Source: Massalongia carnosa (Eukaryota). Taken from it: a DNA stretch of 64,000 bases. Position 1 is the stretch's first letter, and the number at the start of each line of letters is the position of its first letter. The stretch covers positions 248,001-312,000 of the forward strand of contig OZ287088.1 of the NCBI GenBank assembly GCA_965645245.1, read 5' to 3'. The translations under genes were made by a program, and so were the position numbers. Of the stretch, positions 1 through 13,000 are shown piece by piece. The notes under the pieces were generated by a model, which was given only the letters and a program-made list of their open reading frames with translations, did not search any database and had not been told where the DNA came from.

Positions 1-2006
1 AATAGAAGGAAACCTCTTCACCTAGGCCGCCGCAGTTGACGAGCCACGAGGTATGGAATCTTATTAACCGCGTTCTAACGTGGTATTAACATCTCTCCTA
101 GAATTCTTCGCAACGTGGACCCTCACAATCAAAGCACAGCGCATCAAGTTCATCCTTCGTAAAAATTCGCTTTGTTTGTAGAATATCTGTTAGTCTAACA
201 ATTGCGTTGGAAACAGATTAACGACAAGATATCGTCAACTCCAACTCCACTCGCGCAAGACGCAATCGTGACGACAGATTCGGGTCAAGAAGTTGCGGTA
301 GATTACGATTTACGCATGGGGAAAGACTGGCGGATTCGGATAAGGTATGCTGCAACGTGGAAGGAGTGGCAGACTGCTGTGGGAATGAAAGATTGAGAGT
401 CGTTCTGGTATACTGTACCAAAATTTCCCGAGGCCGTATTGAGCTTTGAGGAGGAATATAGTTCGTTTTTGGATTGGGTGGAACAGGTGCATAGATTAAT
501 GATACGAAGAGGAAACTGGGCGCAATCTCAAGCAGATGAAGACTCATCGAGGGAGGACGACAATATGGGAGAACTCACATAACATTATTTAAACCAAATC
601 TTGATAATATACTCGACTGGTGTGTCTTTATTGTCATATCTGGCAGCATCAAGCGCTCGAAAAGGAAACAAAAGCAGTGCATTCTGACAAACGCAAGATT
701 TGTTACAATCGTTACTAAAACAACAAGTTAATTAATGAAATTATTGGATTCAAATGCTTACAATAACACAAAAGAGTCAATATAACAATTATCATCATTG
801 GACAAAGAAAGGTAAAGGTAATCAATAGTCAAAGAGCAACTTACACGTCAAATGTTCGACTATTCGTCAAGAACGTGTGGCGCAATCGGTACCTAGAACA
901 TTTCGGCTAATTGACTAATGTAGCCTATTAGTCGACCATTTGACCAATTCGCGGGTCCTCCCGATTTCCCGATGTAACCTCGTCTTTCAAGGTAATACGC
1001 AATCCCGATTTTGTAACTCGAAACTGCCGGAAAGAAGCCATTTCAGCGATGTAATTTATCGATAATCAGCTATTATAATAATTATAATATCCTTTGCCTT
1101 ATTAAATCAGTTTCAGGATTTTCTTCAATAAGTTGTAGAAGAGATATTGATTGAAAGTATGTTTCGTGGTTTTGTTAGTTCCGAATAAGCGGGTGTTCCG
1201 AATACAGGTGAATTAGGTTACAGGCTCATGCCCCGAATAGTTGCTGTCATGCGGTACTCGTTACTCTGTACTCGATACTGTGTATACTCGGTTACTGATC
1301 GCTATTTGAGTTGAATGGTGTCAAAACACTAAACAATAACCGAGAGACCCTGCCTCGATTGAGGTTGCCTGTTCTGTATGAGGTAGCGGGTAGCCTTGTT
1401 GATATGACTCAATTAGGCCCCGCTAGAAGCCTAATCGGATTCTGATCGAACTTTTAAGATTAGCGACCTGCCCTACAGGGCGTGACTGCTTTCGTTCCCG
1501 TGTCGCATGACTGTGTCTTTATCGGCGTCGCTAGAATGATTTCCCGCTTACAATACTTCGCTACGTCATCTCGTCTGAAAACGGGCGGATTTAATCGCAG
1601 CATCGGAGATAAAGCTGAAGAAGTGAGTTCAAACCTTTGCTATTTCTTTGATGACTTCTGCCATCTACTCTCATCATCAACTCATTGAGGATTTGGAATC
1701 ATGTCTCTAAATGAAAGCCATGCATGTCCGGTCACGACGAAACGACACTCATGTTTTCAGAGGGTTGCAACGCATCAGCGCAGACCCTTCCAGCAGCGGA
1801 TTCTCAATAGGCAAGGTACAGATCGAGAAAATAACAAAGGATGAAATATTGGACAGAGTTTTTGCTAATTACAATGACATACAGGGCCTCAGAGCAAATC
1901 TATACCTTCATTCCCACTTTCATCCTCACCTTCATCCCCACCCTCTCTTCTGGACCCGGCCGAAGTTGATCAGCTTTGGACACAAGTAAGATCCATCGGT
2001 CAAGAC

Positions 2007-2900
2007 ATGGCGAGAAATTCCAAGACTGCTTCGCAAGATGCTTCGACCTTGAATGAGCAGAAGATAGCGAAAAAAGAGACTTGGAGTGATCGAAACGAGG
2101 AGCTTGCATCCCGAAAGATCTCGATTCGGAATGGCAGTCTAAAGAATGGATGGGCGCATTTATCGGAGCCCAATCTTCTTCCGCAAGAGAAAGTGAACGC
2201 TAAGAGAGAAATACAGCCGTACGTTTCATTGGAGTCTCAAGGATACGTATTATTATCTTCAAAGGAAAACTCGAGACCCAGTTTGGAGAGGAAAAGAAAC
2301 GTCAGTTGATTTTGCCATTGCCTGACTTGACTGGTGGCTTTGGGCAGGATCAGCATAGCACAAAAACAAGAACATCATCTCTTTAAAAGCTCGGCGTGGC
2401 ATGAGGTCAGACATCATGTACGCGATCCAACTGCCGGAGCTGGAAAAATCGGAATGCTATATCAACTTCCCAGCCATTCGGACCTTTGCTAGCATCGACG
2501 CGTTACCGCCTTACTTAATTGCAGAGTTTAAAAATACCAAGTCACAGGAAATTGAGGCTCATCAATCTCTTGCTCTTTTGGGTGCGATAATGCTCTTAGA
2601 ACGGGTGAAGCTTCGACGACAGTCCTCAAGCTTGAACTTGAGAGACATCACTTTATTCGCGCTGACGTGCTGTGGCCCTTGCGTGACTCTTTACTGAATG
2701 AAGATTCTGCTGGCACAAACTAAATATTTCGAAATGTTATCCTATCACATGATCTAGTGTAATGCCTACAGTCTGTTGAAGGAGGAGGACATCGTGGAGC
2801 TAAGTCGAGATTTGAATCGTATTCACAAATACGAACAGACTGTTCATTTGAATAGTCTCAAACGTGATCTTGCAAATGTCTGCGTCGAGTTTTTTGACGA
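2007..2900 (+). pseudogene. Degraded PD-(D/E)xK (restriction-endonuclease-fold) protein gene, fungal type
   Basis: Fragments in different frames: 'LPLPDLTGGF' (~2311-2340) followed by 'PPYLIAEFK...EAHQSLALLGAIMLLERVKL...LFALTCCGPCVTLY' (ORF 2401-2697). This is the PD...E-x-K order typical of fungal REase-like proteins. Interrupted by stops and frameshifts; boundaries approximate. Confidence 0.35.
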
Positions 2901-4247
2901 GATCGATCAACATTCTTACGAGTACATATACCCAGAACTCGGACGAATTTAGGAAAGGTGACAAGCTTGTAATGCAGGATTCACAGTTACAGTTAAACAG
3001 CTGTCAACAGTCGAATGATAAACCATCATTTTTAATCAGTTGTAAAGTTGTTACCACAAGTCTCATTCCTCGAATGTCGCGCGCATCAATTACACTGTTG
3101 CCGTCTCCTTGCCGCAGCTCAAAGAATCTTCGAATCTAACAAGCTCTTCGCGCAGTTCCACTCTGGAGTTTGACCCTGCATCTCAGCCTCAAACATCGGT
3201 TCCGGAACGCAGCTCTGGGAGACAACTACGGAGCGGAACCAAAAACCCTCGTCTACCTTAGTCGATGATGAGAACATTGTCATACCCCTTGACGTCATGT
3301 CCGGTACGCGTGCGAGACCTGTCCAATAGCCCTCCCGTTCTAAGACCTGACAATATGCCAGTTGACGCAGTAGATCAAGCTCCTTGTCGGAGTCATTATC
3401 CTTCAAAGCGGCCTCGAGCTCCGTGTTCAGTTGTCGATTCACTCGCTCTCTCCACTCCTTTCCAGATATGCCATCTACAAAAGGTTCTTCGACAAGCTCT
3501 TCGAACTGTTGTCGGATGGCGACGGCCTGAAACACCGGATTGATTGAACGTTGCGGGAGGGGGGGGAAGAATAAAACAATGGATGATGACTGGTATCGGG
3601 AGTCTCGGAGACCTCGACAAGATCAGAGCATGGAACCTGTACGTTCTCCTGATTGGAAGAGATGGAAGGGCGCGTACCGGATGGGAATTGTTCAATTGAA
3701 CTGGCCATGTCGAAAGGTCTTTGAAGAGGCAGGAAAAAGATGGAAGATTGTCCAGAAATTCAACAATTATACGACTATTTTACATACAAAAGACAACGAA
3801 GATTGGGAGAAATATCCGATGAAAAAAGAGCTTTTATGTTCATTTGGGCCTCTGATAATTTCAACCCCTTTAATTTTGATCTTTTTTGTAGCTAATCGAA
3901 CTACTTTCATTCAAAATCACACTCGTCATCTCACTATAATTGATACCGTCGATCATGAAGCTATTACGAAGAGGTTTTTCGCCTGGGGAGACTCGGAAGG
4001 CATGGGGAAGTCGGATCAAAAAGGGTGGTTGGTTTGAGCTCTGGGCGACCAATTGAAGCAATTCCTTCAGTCCGGGGTTAGATTAATGGCTGAATAAGAG
4101 GCGCCATTAGTTAGATTCATGAAGTTATTCATATCGAAGACGTTGCAGCTGGCGACAGCCAGGTAAATGAAGCAATTTGTTAAAACGGCAACCGATGCCA
4201 AGTACCGAAACCAGCTGACAAAGCAATTTGCATCTACCTCGGCAAGG

Positions 4248-4432
4248 TTGCCTCAGTACCTCAGACGTGCGTGGCTCTATGAGCCGGCTAAGCCCCTCCG
4301 GGTTAGCCTATTTTCGCTAAGCCCCTTCGGGTTAGCGTCGCTAATTCCCTTCGGGTTAGCGGCCCTTTAGCTGACTACGCATGCTACGGGCGGCACGTCT
4401 GAGCGCAAAACTCTGTATTTTTGTCAGATCCG
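4248..4432 (+). repeat. Left terminal inverted repeat of the Academ-like element
   Basis: TTGCCTCAGTACCTCAGACGTGCGTGGCTC... is the reverse complement of the right end; contains three GCTAA...TTAGC hairpin units. Confidence 0.93.
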
Positions 4433-4861
4433 GCTTATTTTGGTGCGCGCTCATACAAATTTTTGGCTTAACCTCAAAAATCATCAAGAATCAAGTTGAC
4501 GGCGGAATCAACAACGCGCAACGACATTTCATAAATTATGTAATAATAGAAATGATGCTTTGATATACATTCTATCGATTAATCAATATTTTAATTACAT
4601 ATCGATGCAAAATTGAGTCGTAATATCGATCTCGCGACGAGGACTCGACTTTGACTCGAAATTTCGACACCACCACAGCAGACTCAACGGGTCACTAGCT
4701 CCAGTTTTTCATTGTCGGCGCTTCTGATCATTAATCTGATCCTCCGAGCGTTGTTTTCGAAAGCCTAAAATCGTTGAATGTGATGAACTTGCTTGATGTT
4801 CGTTTTGCGGGCTAAGAATCCAACTCGCGAATCGTCGAATATCGCTCGCGAACATATCGAA

Positions 4862-5213
4862 ATGGATGATCCTATAGCGTCGATAACTCGCGAGCAGGTG
4901 ACGACCGTGATTTTAAGTAAATTCGGCTTTTATCCAAAGAATGAGCAAGTTGACGCTATCATGACTTTAGCACAAGATCAAAAGGATCTGATATTTATCG
5001 CCAAGACTGGATTTGGAAAGAGTATTATCTTTCAAGCTATGCCATTAATGTTCTCTTGTCTTAAGATCGCTTTAATTATCATGCCTCTCAAGACCTTAGA
5101 AGCTCAACAGTGCAAGAAATTGAGCGTTATCGAGGGATGCAAGCCTTTCGTGTTGGACGGTGATAGTAATAATTCTTCTAATTTAAAGTTAATTCGTGAA
5201 AACAATTATACGC
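4862..5213 (+). pseudogene. RecQ-like SF2 helicase, 5' part (interrupted by LTR retrotransposon)
   Basis: Q-motif region 'FGFYPKNEQVDAI', motif I 'AKTGFGKS', motif Ia 'IIMPLKTL'. Homology stops exactly at the LTR start (5214). Confidence 0.9.
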
Positions 5214-5570
5214 TGTGGAAGGATGAACTGGGTGGTGTGCGTGGTCCACTACTGCTAGGAGTGCAAGAGAACAAACAAACAAGAGAAGAACAGAACAATA
5301 GAATAAGAACAATAGCTAGACTGATCACTGTAAGCCTCGCGCCTCGTGCCTGATGCCTCGTGCCTGTGAACTGTATGTGTTGATGCTATGTGTTGTAGCT
5401 ATTGCTACGAGCATGCTTGCTCTATAAGGAAAAGAACTATCTATAACTAAACTAAAAGAAAGACTGTCACCTGACTTCCCCGCTACCTTTACCGAGTATC
5501 AACCGAAAAGAACCAACTCCCGAACCGCTAGCAATTTGAATTTAGAGTATCACCGCTCCACCCCCCTACA
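5214..5570 (-). repeat. 3' LTR of Gypsy element 1
   Basis: Direct repeat of 13611-13967; adjacent to polypurine tract AAAGAGAGAGGGGAA on the minus strand. Confidence 0.97.
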
Positions 5571-5619
5571 TAGTTCCCCTCTCTCTTTAGGTGTCGACCC
5601 CTGACACCTATCACTGTTC

Positions 5620-6135
5620 CTACTCCAGCGTTCGCTTCATTCCGGCCTCAGCAAACACTAACTCCTCCTCATCCAGCTCGGGTCCCGGAGTCGTATCAAT
5701 GTCATCAGAGATGTGAGGAATAGGCCTGCCATGTGACTCTCGCTTTAACCGAAAAGATGACCTAGTCCCAAAGTCCTCTTCCTCTGCTTTCTTCACATGC
5801 TGAAACATAATAATGGCCTCCTTTAATGTCCGATTCCTCCATTCTCCAACTGCCCGTGACAGTTGGACCATATCCACCTCCTCAATAACATCTTCTCGTT
5901 GAGCTTTGAACTCTTCTTCTTTCATCACCGAGGCCCAGGCATCATTCTGTATGACATAGTCATAATAGTCCACTATGCTATCCCCTAGCATATGCTGAAA
6001 CTCTATTAGCTGCGATTCTATGGTCCTCTGTCCCTCGTATCGGTCTGCTGGGGTCAATGTCTCAAGAAAAGCTAGTGCGTCTGTCATGTGGTGGAAGCGG
6101 TCATTTCCTAGGACAATGACTAATTGGAAAGACAT
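5620..6135 (-). CDS. Additional sense-strand ORF (171 aa, acidic) between integrase and 3' LTR; function unknown
   Basis: ATG-initiated open frame inside the retrotransposon, same strand as gag/pol, ending ~30 nt before the PPT; helical, charged, protein-like composition. Confidence 0.5.
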   Translation of the reverse strand: MSFQLVIVLGNDRFHHMTDALAFLETLTPADRYEGQRTIESQLIEFQHMLGDSIVDYYDYVIQNDAWASVMKEEEFKAQREDVIEEVDMVQLSRAVGEWRNRTLKEAIIMFQHVKKAEEEDFGTRSSFRLKRESHGRPIPHISDDIDTTPGPELDEEELVFAEAGMKRTLE

Positions 6136-6492
6136 GCCAAAAGATGTAAGGCAAGTAAGGTAAGATAAATTGTTCCAAGTTATCGAGTAGCTTGCTGACT
6201 TTCGCTTAGATAAGAAGTTGAGCTTAGCAGAGATGTTTGCTGATAGGAAGATAGTATATGTGCTGATCAGGTAGGTAGTAAAAGCTAGATAATTTGCTGA
6301 GTTCTGGTAGTATGGAAAAGGTAAAACATGGAGGTGAGGATTCGGAAGATGGCAATTTCGACTAAGGTTGGTGAAGTTTTCGGTGAATTTTGGTAAGTGT
6401 GAAATGAAACTATTCCGAAGGTTCGTGTGCTTCCTCCGCTGACAATATGCATTTTACTAAGGAAATTCGTTCGATATAGGTAGTCGGATATG

Positions 6493-9400
6493 TCAATTTT
6501 CCACCGTCTCCATCGCATCAGCACGTCTGCTAGGAATCACTACTGCCATTGGCCAGCCAGGTGGAATCATGGACTGTCGGTCGTCCTCGTCCCCCCCATG
6601 GTTTATAGTCGGCCCCTGACTATTATGTTGCTCAGGTTCTTCTATCGGAGGTAAGTTAATATTTTGCCGAGCATGAAATGGTTTCAGTCGATTTCCTGCA
6701 AAGGTTCCAGCTAATAGGGTGCCGTCTAGTTCACATAGTTTGTAAGTTCCCTTATCAACAATTGTTTGTTGAATTTTATATGGTCCCAACCACCTGAACG
6801 TTAGTTTGCCTGTGTGCTGATTGTCTAATTTAGTGTCGTGCAAAAGAATTAATTGACCCTTGGTGAGTTCAATTGATCTCAGATTGTTCAGAGTGTCAAA
6901 GGTCTCTTTGCCTTCCATTCTTTGTCTTTGCAGGAATAAAGCTGTCTCTTCCATGTCTTCATCCCTTCGCTGTATTTGTCTCGCACGCATAGCTAGCAAT
7001 TCGTCTGTTGTATGAACTTCATTCCATGGTAATATTCTCCATGTTGGAATTTCCAGTTCAATTGGTAGAACAGCCTCATTGCCGCTATTCAGATAGAAAG
7101 GTGTGTTGCCGGTGCTAGCACGAACTGTTGTACGGTCGGCCCATAGTACTGCAGGAAGATTATCAACCCATTTGCCCATGCCTCCATTTGTCATTTTGGA
7201 TAATGCTTGAACAACTGGCCGATGTCCCCGTTCTATCATGCCATTGGCTTGCGGATGATAGGCAGAAACAACTACTCTTTTGATACCATATCGATTTGCT
7301 AATTCGATAACAGCATCTTTGTTTTCTGGTCCACCATCAACAATCAGTTTCCGAAGCACCCATGTCTGCATATAACATCTTCCCACAAGAATCTCGCGAC
7401 ATTCTGAGCGGTAGCTTTTCCTAGTGCTCTACCCTCGACCCATCCGGAAAAGTCATCTCTGGCCATAACAATATAGTGCTTGCCTCGACAAGCTGGCATG
7501 TGGACCACGTCTAAGCCAACCTTCTGCCACATGAAGGTAACCCATGTCGGATGAAGTGCTTCCTCGAGCCTAGTGGGGTCACGTTTCTGACATTCCTCGC
7601 AGGACCGAACATAGCCTTTTACATCATCGTGCAATTGTTCCCACCAGTACCTGTCTGCTATGCGTCTGTATGTGCCCTCTCTGCCTCTATGTCCACTTTC
7701 GTCATGCAGCTGTTTCAATATTTCCAACTTCCGCTCATCGGAGTCTATCACTCTCCTGGAAGGTACGTTCTTGCTGTTTCGTCTATAAAGATGGCCATCT
7801 TGTACTCGATAGCGCAAGGCCTCGCTCTTAAACGCTCTAAACTCTTTGCGGTTTAGTCCAACCGGCTTTTGTAGTGATGTTAGAAATGCAGCGATTCTCT
7901 CGGACTTATCACTATATCCGGCCTTTAGCACTTTTTCGTCTGGCACCTCGTCTGCGGAGTTAACGGAAATTGGACAGGCCCTTAGTGAATTCAGTTCGGC
8001 ATCTATGAAGTCGTCTATGTCTTGCTCCTGCTGTTCGGCCCGAATTTCTTCCTCAGTATGAGGTCGTCTAGACAGTCCATCTGCTGCCGTATGTTTTCGG
8101 CCAGCAACATGTTTGACCTCGAAGTCAAACAGTCGTATCCATGCTATCCATCGGACTATCAGAGCACCAGGCAAATCGGTACAAGCTCCATTCAATTGCG
8201 CCACTAGGACGTTGGCGTCTGTCTCCAACACAAAGTGAACTCCATATAGCCAGTGCCTTGTCTTTTTCAATGCCTTTAGAACGCCTCGACACTCTCGCTT
8301 GGTTGCATCATATCGCTGTTCCACCTCGCTCCATACTCCGCTTTCGTACCGAATGGGGTGACGCTTGCCATCAAAGATTTGCATCAGTACAGCGCCCCAT
8401 CCTTTCAAACTCGCATCCACAGCCAATATGATAAGTCCAGCTAGCTCGCTATAGTCAATGGTCTTTAGTGCTGGCGGAGATGTCAGAGCTATCTTCAGCA
8501 AGTCCATTGCCTCGGTTTGTTCCATGCCCCATACAAAAGCAGCATCTTTCTTCAGCAGACGATATATTGGTTCAGCAACAATGGCAAAGTCCAATATCCA
8601 TATGCGATAGTACACACACACACCTATAAAAGCACGAGCGGAAGAAGCGTCGGTGCATATCGGCCACTCTAGAATTTTGATAACCTTAGCGGTGTCCGGA
8701 TGTCTACCATCGGAGTCGGTCACAAATCCTACTATCTTCAGACCGGCCATGCAAAATTGCGACTTTTCTCCGGAGATAGTGCATCCAGCCCTTTCTATGT
8801 CCGCGAGTACCCCATCTAGCCACATGAGATGTTCAAGCACGTACTTTCTGATGCCCGGTGCCACTTCTTCACCACCATAATCAGTCTTCGGCCCCTTCAC
8901 TCCGATGTCATCAAGGAAAGGTTTAGCACGGTTCGGAATGTGGTCCTGCAGTATCTTTGTCACTACCCGTACGAACTGTGCAACCGAATTGGTAGCTCCC
9001 ATTGGTATAGATGTCATTCGCAATAGTCCTATTGGTGTCATGAAGGCGGTCATGTCTCGACTATGAACATCGAGTTCCATTTGGTCATATCCTGAAAACA
9101 AGTCGATCAAGGAAGCGATGTGGCAGCCAGCAAAGTCCTCTGAGAATTCGTCTACCGAAGGTGGCAGATTTGCGTCTCGGATGGTCACTTTGTTCATGTC
9201 TAGGGCCGCATTAATTAATCGGTACTTATTTTTCTCTTTCTTCTTCACTATGAACCATGGATTTCGATAGGGACCATGACAAGGTTCCAACGTTCCTCGC
9301 TGCAGTCGGTCCTTCAGCATCTCTATCACCATCGGTACCAGGGCCCTTGGCAATGGGAATGATGGGGTCTGCCATGCCTCATGTGGAATAGTGTTGATTT

Positions 9401-10079
9401 TACATGGTGGAGACACCTCAGGTTTGACTCTGCCCATCTCGGAAAACTCCCATGACAGCGCTGCTTCTCGGTTGTATAACATCTGGGTCAACACTTCTTT
9501 CTCAGCAGACGTCATACTGTCGCCCACTGTCATTCGCTGCAGCCGTTCCGGTGTCAATCGTGAGCCTTTGAATATTGTCGAGAACTTTGGAATTAGCCAA
9601 TCAGGGAACTTTTCTGACTTTGGTAGGCCTCTCTCTTTCTCTAGCGCCTTCGCTTTCCAATCTGCTATTCCACCAGGTATGGTGCCATCCGACTGGTCAG
9701 AATTCACTGGTCGAACCTTGACTGCCTTCCGTTTGTATGCCGTATCAACTCTCACACTACTCCGTCGCCCGAACACCCTGTTCTGATTGATCGTGTACAT
9801 GTCGAATTTCCGAGAAAACCTCAGAGCCGAAAGTCCGACCGAGCCAATTGCACGCGACGGTGTGAAGACGCGAACATAGTGGTCCATCGCCGCCTCTTCC
9901 GCACTAGTCGCTGTAGGAGTTAGGGCTATTTGATTTAATAGGCCGGGCCTGTTAAATGGAATGGAAGATTTATTCTCCGATAGTCCAACCCTAAAACTCG
10001 ACACTTTCGCTCTCTCCAGGTTTTTATTACTGCTACCAGCCATGGACCTGTTCTGCACATGGTGGCTAGCTAGTTTAAA
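6493..10079 (-). CDS. pol: Pol (RT, RNase H, integrase) of Gypsy element 1, entered by -1 frameshift; one extra 1-nt frameshift at ~7349
   Basis: RT 'FLDD', RNase H 'VDASLKGWG', integrase HHCC 'HDESGH...CEEC' and core '...IVDGGPEN...HPQANGMIE'. ORFs 7344-10058 and 6493-7386 join if one A is restored in GGAAA(A)CTG. Confidence 0.92.
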
Positions 10080-13000
10080 GTTTCGTCTCGGTTCTCCGGA
10101 AACAGGTCCTCTGCTGTATGGAGTTTGCTACCAGGATCGGAAGTCGCTATGAACTTAGCAGTTCGTTTCCCATCTTCAGCATGTATGGTGCATTCTACCT
10201 CGTTGTTACGGTAGTCCAAGCCCACACGCATCTGGTGAAGATAAGGTTGTCCTAGCACTAGTTGATGGTCCGCAGCATCAATGACAAATATGTGGTTAAG
10301 CGACGCTACTCCGCCAATATCAACCTCCACGTTTTCACACACCCCGAGGAATTCCTTTCTATGTCCGGTATGGGAAATTAGATTGATATTTGGGTAAGGT
10401 CGCATGGCCAGACCCTCGCGCTTAGCGACATCATATGTCATCACGTTCACTTCGGCACCTGAGTCAAGAAGAGACTTATATCGGCCTCCATCACCAACTC
10501 GCACTTTGGCTTTAGGTGTCGACCTTGTATATGCTCTGCGGAGTAGTGGATCCCGAATGCCGATAGAGCCGATTTTTACCGTTGGACCGTCCTGTCTTTC
10601 TGCTTCCGTATTTCGTGTCACTTTGTTAACTACCGATTTAAACATGGGTAACATGGCTATGATATTGCCATTGGTCAGTCCTCCAGTACCAGCTGCTAGC
10701 GATTGCAGATAGCGGCCCTGTATCAAGTCCACGTTGAACTCTCGTCTCGCTATCTTCAGGAATTCTTCTGCACCTATCTTTTCTATGGCGTCTCGAACTT
10801 CTCCACGAATAGGTGCCCTCAGCACTCCGGTACCCGGCTTCTTCTTTCCGCCGCCTTTCCCAGCTAGACCTGCTTCTGTCATTTCCACATCTTCTTCTAT
10901 AGGGTCAGCAAATGTTACCCGAGGTTCTGCCGCGGAAGCTCTGTCGGTTGGTTTTGATTGGTCAAGACTATCATTCCGACGTTCTACCGACGTAGGAAGC
11001 GGACTCCAATTGCCATATCTAGGTGCTTTCGGTACTGCGAAATGGTCCTCGCGCTCAGCCCTGCGTTTCAGAATTCGTTTAGCCGGCTCTTTCCAGTTCT
11101 CCTCAGCAGGTTTATTGTTTTCGGTCCTAGCCGAGTTGATAGAGGTAGTATGTTCGATGATCGTCACCTCCGGGTCCCATTCTTCGTCAGAAGAAAAGTC
11201 ATCTGCACTATCCTCGCCTATTCGAACCGTGTGCACTTCGGCATTTTGTCCAGCTTGACTAAATTGATTGGCCAACATCTTCGCACGTCTAATGGACTCT
11301 TTTTGTGTCACACCCGGTAAATGTCGAATTGGGTTGGAATATGTACCCATCGGTCCCAGACAGAGCAGGCCTTTCTCATTCAGATGGATAACACCATTCC
11401 TTTGGTCAGCGTCGAAGTCTGGACAGTCTCTTCGCCTGTCATGCAGTACCTTCTCTCCACAATAGTTGCAGCTTTCGTCGCTACCATATTGATGGTCATG
11501 CTGTTGTCTCTGTCCGTCATAGGATGACTGTCTATGTGGTGATTGGGAACGGTTCCGACTCTGCTGACTCTGATGACTATTCTGATTGGCCGGTCGCATT
11601 TGAGCTCCGGTGGCAAGGACTAATGCATCGAACTTATTGGTCAGGTCCATGATAGTTTTCTCCGTGGACTTCGATAGGCTAACAGTAGTCGAGTCTGCTA
11701 CTGGTGGACTAAGCGAGTTCATGATATTTTCATGACCGTCTAGCACTATCTTTTTGTCGAACTGGTCGGCTAGAGCACTATATTTATCGGTTACACTCTT
11801 CTCGGTCCGCATCACCTCCTTATATTTCATTCTCGCCTCTACTAGTGTCAGAGTCTTTTTCACCAGTCCATCAAAGTCCTTCATCACATTATCGTCGAAA
11901 TCAACACCTCGGCGAAAGAACAACTCTTCGCGTATGTCAGCAGGAAGACCTTGCATGAACCACTGATTTCGTGTGTAAATGTCTAGCTTCTCTTGACTAA
12001 TTAGGGCTTTGGATATGGCACCGAACTTCCGACAGAAGTTCCGCACATCATCGTCGCTAGTGCGTACTTTGTCCTTGTATGACTCCAGAAACGGTCGAGA
12101 ATTCACCTGCTGAATGCTATCGCCAGCCTTGTACTCTTTCTTCATCACCTTGCTCAGCTGTGTCCATCTTCTCTCCACAAAGTCCGGAAGCGACTCAATG
12201 GTCTGGCCAATTAGCATGTCGCAATAACGGGGCAACCTACGAATCTTCTCATTGTTTCCGACATGATAGTCCTCACACATATCCTCGTACCGACTCAGGA
12301 ACTCCGACACATTTTTACCTTGAAAGAATGGAGTGCCAGGAGTGCCTGGTTGAGGCATGGTCATCACAAATCCAAAGGGTCCAGCGGACATGGCTGGTCT
12401 ATTTCCAAAAGACTCGGGGCTTGTCGACGATGGTGTGGTCATGGTGCTCTCTGCCTCGTGACTAGGTTGACCTTCGGTTGTAGGTATGATAGTCGATGGA
12501 CTATCTCGGCTCGCAGGTGGAGCAGGACTATCAGTTCGCGTACGTGCCTCGTTAGTGTTTCGGACGCTAATGACAAGTTGCTCAAGAAGAGGAATGAGGT
12601 TTGTAACGATTTTTGTCAGCTGTGAGGTAGTTGTTTCTTTGTCGTCAGAGGTTGGGATATGACTACTCGGCTGACAATAGTATGGATGACAATGCGAAAC
12701 AGGATGATGAGTATACGTCTCTCCTGCAGACGAATGACCAATAGGAGCTTGCTTAGTCGGCTCGAAACAATGATATGACAAACAAGGACAAGTATGTGTC
12801 TGGTACGGTGGAGGTAGGTCGAAATGTCTGTGGTGCAGAGGTGCTGGTGCCGCCTCCGTATGCAGACGTTGTCTGTTATAGCAATGCGCTCTGCTTTCTC
12901 TCTCGGTATTGTCAACTGGTGAATAGGAAGTTTGATATGAATTGTACGAATGGGTAGAATGGAATGGCTGCGATATTCTGCCATCGGAGGGAAATGAGGC

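Noticed and set aside
1..585. Gene fragment at the window start (ORF 202-396 continuing past a stop)
   Set aside because: Looks coding-like, but it is interrupted and has no recognisable motif; cannot be assigned.
872..962. tRNA-like start GTGTGGCGCAATCGGT (A-box-like)
   Set aside because: No GTTCRA T-loop/B-box, acceptor stem or anticodon arm could be built.
3119..4037. ORFs 3119-3535 (-) and 3540-4037 (+) as genes
   Set aside because: No recognisable domain or consistent exon structure. They may belong to a decayed gene hit by the Academ-like insertion, but this is unsupported.
4793..5353. 186-aa ORF as a stand-alone small helicase gene
   Set aside because: Its last ~46 codons are read-through into the LTR; it is the 5' half of the interrupted transposon helicase.
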